This document shows, in pieces, positions 58,084 through 64,000 of a DNA stretch of 64,000 bases. Numbering within the stretch: the stretch's first letter is position 1; every line of letters begins with the position of its first letter. Both the position numbers and the translations under genes were made by a program. Source of the DNA: an uncultured Clostridia bacterium (lineage in GTDB: Bacteria > Acidobacteriota > Aminicenantia > JBFLYD01 > JBBIMS01); assembly GCA_964649495.1 (NCBI GenBank), contig CAZYPR010000005.1:7128-71127 (forward strand). Direction: 5' to 3'. The notes beneath the pieces are model-generated. The model did not search any database. It saw nothing but the letters and a program-made list of their open reading frames with translations, and had not been told where the DNA came from.

Positions 58084-59604
58084 TCAACCTCTTTTCTTTC
58101 TAATGAATTCCTCTGTAAATTCTTTAAGGAATGAATCCATCTTAGCCTTCAATGAATCGTCAATATACTTTTTCTCCTTTAGCTCTTTAAGTATTTCAGG
58201 AGCTTTCACCTTTACTTTTTCAAGGAGCTCCCTTTCATATTCCCTTACCCAGCTAACCTCAAGGAGATCAAGGAATCCATTTGTTCCTGAATAAATCGAT
58301 AGAATCTGCTCTTCAACTGGCATAGGTTGATATTGGTCCTGCTTTAAAAGTTCGACAAGTCTTTCTCCACGATGTAGCTGTGCCTGAGTTGCGGGATCAA
58401 GGTCTGAACCAAACTGGGCAAAGGTTAGAAGTTCTCTATACTGGGCAAGATCGAGTCTCAGAGTTCCCGCAACCTGTCTCATAGCTTTTATCTGAGCATT
58501 CCCTCCCACTCGTGAAACTGATATTCCAACATTTATGGCGGGTCTTACACCCGCATTGAAAAGATCAGGTTGAAGATAAATCTGTCCATCTGTTATTGAG
58601 ATAACATTTGTGGGAATATATCCTGAGACATCCCCCGCCTGGGTTTCAACTATTGGCAAAGCTGTAAGAGAACCTCCTCCATTCTCTTCATTTAATTTCG
58701 CAGCTCTTTCAAGGAGTCTTGAATGGAGATAGAAAATGTCTCCAGGGTAAGCTTCTCTTCCAGGTGGTCTTCTGAGAAGAAGGGAGATCTCTCTGTAACT
58801 TGCAGCATGCTTTGAGAGATCGTCATATATAACAAGAGCATGCATACCTCTATCCCTGAAAAACTCTCCCATGGCACATCCCGCATAAGGAGCAAGGTAC
58901 TGGAGGGTGGTAGGATCAGATGCGGATGCCACAACAACAGTGGAATATTCCATTGCTCCGTAATCTTCAAGTATTTTAATTACCTGAGCAATTGTAGACC
59001 TTTTCTGCCCTATTGCAACATAAATACAAAAAACATCAGAATCTTTCTGGTTTAGTATTGTGTCAATAGCTATAGCAGTCTTTCCAGTTTGTCTGTCGCC
59101 AATTATAAGCTCCCTCTGCCCCCTTCCAATCGGAATCATTGCATCTATAGCCTTTATACCTGTTTGAAGTGGCTCCTTCACAGGAATTCTATCCACAACA
59201 CTTGGAGCTATCCTTTCAATGGGCATATATGCTTCAGGAACTATCGGACCTTTACCGTCAAGGGGATTCCCGAGAGGGTCAATAACCCTTCCAATCAATG
59301 ATTTCCCAGCGGGAACCTCAAGGATTCTTCTGGTTCTCTTAACCATATCCCCTTCCTTTACACTTGTAGTATGTCCGAGAATAACCGCTCCAACATTATC
59401 TTCTTCAAGATTTAGAGCAATTCCCATTGTATGATTTCCAAAATCGATTAGCTCGTTATACATTACCTCTTCAAGCCCGTGGATTCGTGCGATTCCATCC
59501 CCTACAGAAATAACTATGCCCATCTCCTCTATATTTATGTCAGTTTTAAAACCTTCAATCTGCTCTTTAATAATTCTACTTATTTCGTCAGCTTTTATTT
59601 CCAT
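58084..59604 (-). CDS. atpA: F1 ATP synthase alpha subunit
   Basis: P-loop [15 protein letters not shown] plus conserved alpha-subunit blocks; 506 aa. Confidence 0.95.
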   Translation of the reverse strand: MEIKADEISRIIKEQIEGFKTDINIEEMGIVISVGDGIARIHGLEEVMYNELIDFGNHTMGIALNLEEDNVGAVILGHTTSVKEGDMVKRTRRILEVPAGKSLIGRVIDPLGNPLDGKGPIVPEAYMPIERIAPSVVDRIPVKEPLQTGIKAIDAMIPIGRGQRELIIGDRQTGKTAIAIDTILNQKDSDVFCIYVAIGQKRSTIAQVIKILEDYGAMEYSTVVVASASDPTTLQYLAPYAGCAMGEFFRDRGMHALVIYDDLSKHAASYREISLLLRRPPGREAYPGDIFYLHSRLLERAAKLNEENGGGSLTALPIVETQAGDVSGYIPTNVISITDGQIYLQPDLFNAGVRPAINVGISVSRVGGNAQIKAMRQVAGTLRLDLAQYRELLTFAQFGSDLDPATQAQLHRGERLVELLKQDQYQPMPVEEQILSIYSGTNGFLDLLEVSWVREYERELLEKVKVKAPEILKELKEKKYIDDSLKAKMDSFLKEFTEEFIRKKRG

Positions 59605-60152
59605 AACCCTTCTCCTTCAACTATTTTTATTCTTAGTCTTTCAAGATTACCTTTTATTGAACAATCGAAAATTTTATTCCCTTCCTTTATTACAATCCCT
59701 CCAAGAATTTCAGGCTCAACTCTAAAATCAGCTTTAATTTTTCCTTTTTTTATCCTTGAAAGAGTCTCGACAATTTCGGATTTTTCGCTTTCACTTAAGG
59801 GAATTGAAGATATTATCTCCATTTTATAAATATTATTCCTTTTGTTCCATATATCCTCGAAATTTTTGAGTATTAGATTTAAAAGGGAGAATCTTCCTTT
59901 TTCCACAAGGATTTTCAGAAATCTTTTTATCTTTTCAGAAATTTTCAACTCATCGGAAACCCTTTCAACAACATTCATCTTTAAAATTTTTGGAAAAATA
60001 GGGTTTTCAATGAAATCTTTAAATTCTTTATTATCGGAGAAAATACTTAGAACTGTAAGAAGCTCCTTCCTGATATTCTCCCAATCTTGAGGAGAGGAGC
60101 AAAAATGGGTAAGAGCAATGGCATATCTTCTTGCTACTGCTTCACCTCTCAT
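59595..60152 (-). CDS. atpH: F1 ATP synthase delta (OSCP) subunit
   Basis: [10 protein letters not shown]-terminus typical of delta. Position between the b and alpha genes. Confidence 0.8.
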   Translation of the reverse strand: MRGEAVARRYAIALTHFCSSPQDWENIRKELLTVLSIFSDNKEFKDFIENPIFPKILKMNVVERVSDELKISEKIKRFLKILVEKGRFSLLNLILKNFEDIWNKRNNIYKMEIISSIPLSESEKSEIVETLSRIKKGKIKADFRVEPEILGGIVIKEGNKIFDCSIKGNLERLRIKIVEGEGLWK

Positions 60153-60649
60153 AGAGCCTTTCCTATCTCATCTATTGCCTTACGAATAATTCTTCTCTGC
60201 TCAGATTCTCCAAAACCTCTTTTTATCCTCTCGGAAACTCTGCCGATAAGAATTTCTGCGCCATATCTCCTCAATTCTTCCAGCCCTTTTCTTCTCGCTT
60301 CTTCAATGGCTTCCTCTGCCTCCTGGATTATTTTTTTTGCCTCTAAGTTCGCCTCCTCAAGAATTCTCTTCTTCTCAATTATTGCTTCCCTTTCACCTGC
60401 GGAGACTATTTCTGCCACTTCTGAATCTATGCTTTTCAATCTATTTTCAATCTTCCTGAGCCTTCTCTCCACCTCATCCCTTTTCCTGAAGGAATCGTCA
60501 ATATCCTCACTTGTTGAAATTCTTTTATTTGCAATGAACTTCGAAAGGGGGGACTTAGCAAGAATATAAAGCAAGAAGAATAGAACTGCAAAATTAAAGA
60601 TCTTTCCCAAGTTACTTACTATATTAACTCCTTCGTGAGTTTCCGTCAT
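60149..60649 (-). CDS. atpF: Fo ATP synthase subunit b
   Basis: Single N-terminal TM then a long charged coiled coil. Operon position. Confidence 0.8.
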   Translation of the reverse strand: MTETHEGVNIVSNLGKIFNFAVLFFLLYILAKSPLSKFIANKRISTSEDIDDSFRKRDEVERRLRKIENRLKSIDSEVAEIVSAGEREAIIEKKRILEEANLEAKKIIQEAEEAIEEARRKGLEELRRYGAEILIGRVSERIKRGFGESEQRRIIRKAIDEIGKAL

Positions 60650-60650
60650 A

Positions 60651-61076
60651 TCAATTTCTCTGATTCAGAAGGTTTTTAATCAATTTTTCAGCAAGAAAAT
60701 CCACATCTCTTTCAATGATTTTTTTCCCCTCTTCAATTTCCTCTTCCAATTTTTTCAATGATTCATTTTTCAACTCTTCCGCTTTCAACCTTGCATTTTC
60801 TAAAATATTTTCTTTTTCAGCAAGGGCTTCCTTTCGAACCCTTTCCTTATGTTCCTCTACTCTGGCAAATGTGCTCTTTAGAATCTCATTTAGAACCCTC
60901 TCCTTTTCATTGTATTCGTTGAGGAATCGGGCAAAACTCTCATTGTTTTCCCTGATAACTTGCTCCCTTTTATGCAGAATATCATTGATAGGCTTAAAAT
61001 AAAGCCTCTGTAGAATTAGTAAAAGGATGGAGAGGATAAATACAACAAAAAGAGCTGAAAAATCCAGATTTACCAT
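60651..61076 (-). CDS. Fo ATP synthase subunit b' (second b-type subunit)
   Basis: Single TM plus a charged helix, directly upstream of atpF. It is the first gene of this operon segment; no atpB/atpE upstream of it. Confidence 0.7.
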   Translation of the reverse strand: MVNLDFSALFVVFILSILLLILQRLYFKPINDILHKREQVIRENNESFARFLNEYNEKERVLNEILKSTFARVEEHKERVRKEALAEKENILENARLKAEELKNESLKKLEEEIEEGKKIIERDVDFLAEKLIKNLLNQRN

Positions 61077-61226
61077 AAATCATCAAAATATTTATTTACC
61101 ATTGTCAGTGAAAAAAGTCAAGGTAATAGATTTTTCAAAGATAGAGCAATTAAATGCAATATTTTAAACAACTTTACTTATATGGGTATATTTTAAAAGA
61201 AAGATACGGCAAGTAAGTAGAAAAAA

Positions 61227-61472
61227 ATGTTCATTTACTTGACCTCTGAAGAGAAAAGAAAGGATGCCTTGATGGAGATGAGATACTCAGAGGAAGATGT
61301 AGAAGAAGCAGGAATATATTTTGATGAGGTGGTAAAAAAGATTAAGGAAGAAAATTTTAAAGTTAGCATCTCACCTGATACTAAAAAGGTTTGCAAGGAA
61401 TGTGATTTCAGGTTCTATTGCTCGCAAAATGGCATAATAAAATTTAAAACAAAGGAGCTTGAGGAGGTATAA
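61227..61472 (+). CDS. Small Cys-cluster protein resembling the C-terminal Fe-S/Cys module of Cas4/RecB-family PD-(D/E)xK nucleases
   Basis: Ends ...ENFKVSISPDTKKVCKECDFRFYCSQ. Compare the C-terminal 'f.p.p...C..C.y...C' of Cas4/AddB-type nucleases. The ORF is bounded by an upstream TAG, so it is stand-alone. The RBS of the next gene lies in its last codons. Confidence 0.3.
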   Translation: MFIYLTSEEKRKDALMEMRYSEEDVEEAGIYFDEVVKKIKEENFKVSISPDTKKVCKECDFRFYCSQNGIIKFKTKELEEV

Positions 61473-61474
61473 AG

Positions 61475-61666
61475 ATGCCAAAGATAAATATAAATAAGAC
61501 TGAACTTGTCTGGCTTGGGAAATACGATGAAGAGGGGAAACTAAATCCAGTTGAAAAGCCAGGTCCTTATCCATTTCAGATTGTGGAGGTAATAAATAAG
61601 CCGAGGACAGGGAAAGAAGAATCGCAACCAACACTTTTTGAAATATGGCAAGGCAAAGATGTATAA
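61475..61666 (+). CDS. 63-aa ORF matching the conserved N-terminal segment of Type III Mod-like adenine methyltransferases (detached peptide)
   Basis: TELVWLGKYDEEGKLNP versus the Mod N-terminal signature LELTWIGKENRPKLEP. GGAGG RBS. It terminates in a TAA-TAA-TAA triple stop. Confidence 0.35.
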   Translation: MPKININKTELVWLGKYDEEGKLNPVEKPGPYPFQIVEVINKPRTGKEESQPTLFEIWQGKDV

Positions 61667-61686
61667 TAATAAAGGATGAGGCCAAT

Positions 61687-62181
61687 ATGCCAAAAAATAA
61701 TTCCTCAAAAATAGTGCAGATTTTTTCGGCACAAGATGTGAAGCATGGCTTATCTCTTTTCACAAATAGAGAAATTCAAGCTGTGGAAGGCTTGATTATA
61801 GAACGGGATGGAAAATTTCATATCAAATGCCAGATCAAAGATAGATACAAAGTCGCAAAACCTGAAGAAATCGTGAGGCAACTTGGGGTTTACAGGTTAT
61901 TAAATGAATATGGCTATCCGAAGGGAAGAATAGATGTTGAAAGAGTAATTTATTTTGGCTCAAGGGATTCTGGTTTAGCAGATGTGGTTGTCCTTCAAGA
62001 AGACCGTCAGCATCCATACATAATCTTTGAAGTAAAAAGACCTCAAAGAACTGCAGGGTTAGAACAATTAAAGAGTTATTGTAATGCTGAAGGATCTCCG
62101 ATTGGTGTTTGGTCTAATGGAAATGAAATGATAAGGCTTCACCGGGAAGAACCTATAATAAGTAAAAATTATGTAAAATAG
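61687..62181 (+). CDS. Stand-alone HsdR_N / Mrr-cat type PD-(D/E)xK nuclease-domain protein (165 aa); candidate restriction endonuclease
   Basis: GRIDVERVIYFG...GLADVVVLQEDRQHPYIIFEVKRPQ...GLEQLKSYCNAEGSPIGVWSNGNEMIRL matches the HsdR_N pattern (rpDyvly...p.lviEaK...QL.sY...g...gvltNG.e...y). RBS AGGATGAGG. ATG at 61687 (the six-frame ORF begins upstream at 61645). Confidence 0.6.
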   Translation: MPKNNSSKIVQIFSAQDVKHGLSLFTNREIQAVEGLIIERDGKFHIKCQIKDRYKVAKPEEIVRQLGVYRLLNEYGYPKGRIDVERVIYFGSRDSGLADVVVLQEDRQHPYIIFEVKRPQRTAGLEQLKSYCNAEGSPIGVWSNGNEMIRLHREEPIISKNYVK

Positions 62182-62191
62182 GAGTGTAAAA

Positions 62192-63217
62192 ATGGAGAAT
62201 TTATTAGACAATTTAAAATCATTACTCCAAAAAGACGAGCGCCTTGTCAGCGAAGGTGAGCTTTTGAAGAATAAGATAACCGAGCTTGCTTTGAGGTTAG
62301 ACAAAGATTTAATAAAACTTCTTTTGTCTGATGAAAAGATGAAAGAGGTGTTTTTTGTTGATGTGGATGGAGTTTTAATTTTTGACAAGGATAAATTTAT
62401 AAAGTTTGTTTCCAATAAACAGTTTTTGCCCGATTCTTATACTGCTTTTAAAAATAAAATAGGATTGATTGATGAAAATGAAGAATTTATTAGCGAAAAA
62501 AAAGAAGTAGTGCTTTCCTGGCCTTATAAGAATCTTAAATATCCAGAAGATTTCATTAATAAGATAATCTGTGGTGATTCCTTAGAGTTGATCAAGTCAA
62601 TTCCGGATAATTCTATAGATGTAGTTATTACCGACCCTCCATACGGATTAAATAAAGATGGTGTCAGAGGCGATGCTGATTTAAGTCTTTTTTATAATAT
62701 TCTGCCAGAGTGCGATAGAGTGTTAAAAGACAACAGTTTCTTTATTACATTTTTTAGCACAAAGTTTTTGCCACAATTATTTATACATAACCCATTTAAT
62801 TATTTTTGGCAAATTGTTTTATATTGTCCAGAGGGAAGAGTTAAATCACCAATAGGATACACGAAGTTCATGTCCTGTTTCATTTTCAAAAAAGGAAATC
62901 CTAAGATTATTTACTGGAATAAAGATATATTTGTCGATACACCTGGAAAAATGGTTGAGCCCGATGAAGGGTTCATAGACCATCCTACACCTAAACCAAA
63001 GCACTTTATAAAAGAAATTCTAAAAATGTTCACAAAAGAAAACGATTTAATTTTAGACCCTTTTATTGGAAGCGGTAGCACTGCCGTAGCATGCATTCAA
63101 CTTAATAGAAGATTTATTGGGTTTGAAATTGAGGAAAGATATTACAACCTTGCTGTTGGTAGAGTCAATAAATTTTTATCAAGATTTAACTCAAACTCCA
63201 TTAAAGAGGGAGAATGA
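62192..63217 (+). CDS. Beta-class DNA methyltransferase (N6-adenine or N4-cytosine; Mod-like N-terminal region)
   Basis: Motif IV DPPY (VVITDPPYGLNKDG) precedes motif I FxGxG (LDPFIGSGSTAVAC). The N-terminus carries GDSLELIK, as in the Mod/ParB-like MTase family. RBS aataggagtgtaaaaATG. Confidence 0.8.
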   Translation: MENLLDNLKSLLQKDERLVSEGELLKNKITELALRLDKDLIKLLLSDEKMKEVFFVDVDGVLIFDKDKFIKFVSNKQFLPDSYTAFKNKIGLIDENEEFISEKKEVVLSWPYKNLKYPEDFINKIICGDSLELIKSIPDNSIDVVITDPPYGLNKDGVRGDADLSLFYNILPECDRVLKDNSFFITFFSTKFLPQLFIHNPFNYFWQIVLYCPEGRVKSPIGYTKFMSCFIFKKGNPKIIYWNKDIFVDTPGKMVEPDEGFIDHPTPKPKHFIKEILKMFTKENDLILDPFIGSGSTAVACIQLNRRFIGFEIEERYYNLAVGRVNKFLSRFNSNSIKEGE

Positions 63218-63221
63218 ACCT

Positions 63222-63536
63222 ATGAATATCCCAGCTAAAATATTTATTAGGAACGGAAGACTAATAATAGAACTCCCATTAACTAATCCCACAGGAAAGA
63301 TTCGGGTAAAACGAAGAAGTGAAACTTCAAATTATGGATTGCCAATAGCCACAAGAACGGAAAAATTTACAGAAAATGATTATGTAGAATGGCAAATTTC
63401 CTATGCTACACAAAATCCACCAGACGAATCAAAAGTTGATGATGTTGTTATTAATGATAATCAAATTGGTTTTGAATTGACAAAATTATTAGCCGAAGGT
63501 ATGAAACTACAGATATTATCTGAGGATATTTATTAA
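63222..63536 (+). CDS. Hypothetical 104-aa protein translationally coupled to the methyltransferase (ATG 4 nt after its stop)
   Basis: ATG at 63222 preceded by aagagggag inside the MTase 3' end. No motif recognised. The six-frame ORF extends upstream to 63117 inside the MTase. Confidence 0.4.
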   Translation: MNIPAKIFIRNGRLIIELPLTNPTGKIRVKRRSETSNYGLPIATRTEKFTENDYVEWQISYATQNPPDESKVDDVVINDNQIGFELTKLLAEGMKLQILSEDIY

Positions 63537-63611
63537 TTAGAGAAGTTTATTGATAATGTTCAACCTACTGAAACTCTTGAAGAGAACGAAAAAATTTTTA
63601 GAGAAAATAAT

Positions 63612-63965
63612 TTGCAAGAGATAAAAGGTGGCTTCAAAAAATTTATAGAAAAGGTGCCTATATTTATTAAGAAAAACGAAAAAGAAGGTTATTTTATAGA
63701 AATAATTTTAAGGCATAAGCAACGCGCCGTAGGATTGCAAGCTATGGTTTATCTTTGTGTCTATGTAGAGAAATTAATGGATAGAAATGGAAATTCTTTA
63801 ATAGGCAGAGTAGCCAATATCCGAGAATTTGGTCAATTAGAAATTACCTCGGAGAATAGAACAATCATCTTAGATACTGTTAAAGCTTTTGCTATTGCAT
63901 CATGGCAACATAAAAACGATATTTCAAATATTTTGAACCAGATAAAAAGAAAATGCGAACTATAA
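63612..63965 (+). CDS. Hypothetical 117-aa protein, last complete ORF before the window edge
   Basis: Open frame on the same strand as the methyltransferase module. No recognisable motif. Confidence 0.35.
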   Translation: MQEIKGGFKKFIEKVPIFIKKNEKEGYFIEIILRHKQRAVGLQAMVYLCVYVEKLMDRNGNSLIGRVANIREFGQLEITSENRTIILDTVKAFAIASWQHKNDISNILNQIKRKCEL

Positions 63966-64000
63966 ATATTTATAAATCAAATCAAGCAAATAAACATTTC

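Noticed and set aside
61835-62415. Minus-strand ORFs 61835..62017 and 62068..62415 overlapping the nuclease and MTase genes
   Set aside because: Antisense low-complexity frames. The plus-strand genes have RBSs and recognisable motifs.

Overview
This 64-kb window is a low-GC (roughly mid-30s %) chromosomal segment from a diderm bacterium. It encodes an F1Fo ATP synthase and TonB-dependent transport, its proteins are K/E-rich and many carry TPR fusions, suggesting an anaerobic or thermophilic lineage. Most of the window is ordinary chromosome. In order, it contains: a PhoU C-terminal fragment at the left edge; a pncA-pncB NAD-salvage pair; an OmpA-family protein; a frameshifted DNA alkylation-repair gene; a GWxTD/TPR secreted-protein cluster; an ECF sigma/anti-sigma pair; tRNA-His; a DUF1028 protein; an S9 peptidase; a class-A beta-lactamase-like protein; a LemA-TPM-TPM module; Fe-ADH/Hbd/thiolase genes; a TonB-dependent receptor; a DUF134/Zn-ribbon/DUF5320/NifX-like cluster; pdxA; an Hfq-like gene; a PilZ gene; two sensor kinases, one preceded by FIST and GAF genes; an AmmeMemoRadiSam-type radical SAM enzyme; folK; recO; rlmI; a compact DnaE-family polymerase; LPS/ADP-heptose and Wzm/Wzt genes; and the atpF'FHAGDC operon. 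Four kinds of structure stand out from that background. (1) 17-nt and 14-nt poly-C tracts plus a 60-nt tandem repeat lie inside the Gly-rich tail of a TPM-domain gene; a single slippage there would fuse it in frame with the downstream TPM gene. (2) A single in-frame TAA splits what reads as one continuous GAF-array/HisKA/HATPase/REC sensor kinase. (3) There are two restriction-modification-like patches. At 2.2-4.0 kb the genes are decayed: a methylase fragment, an MNT nucleotidyltransferase and a helicase fragment ending at its Walker A motif. At 61.2-64.0 kb there is an apparently intact, tightly coupled operon that runs off the window edge: a small Cys-cluster ORF, a detached peptide resembling a Type III Mod N-terminus, a stand-alone HsdR_N-type PD-(D/E)xK nuclease, a beta-class DNA methyltransferase and two unknown small ORFs. 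(4) A YgiT antitoxin sits next to an apparently frameshifted DUF4258-like partner. All functional calls rest on motifs recognised by eye and on remembered family signatures; no database searches were run.
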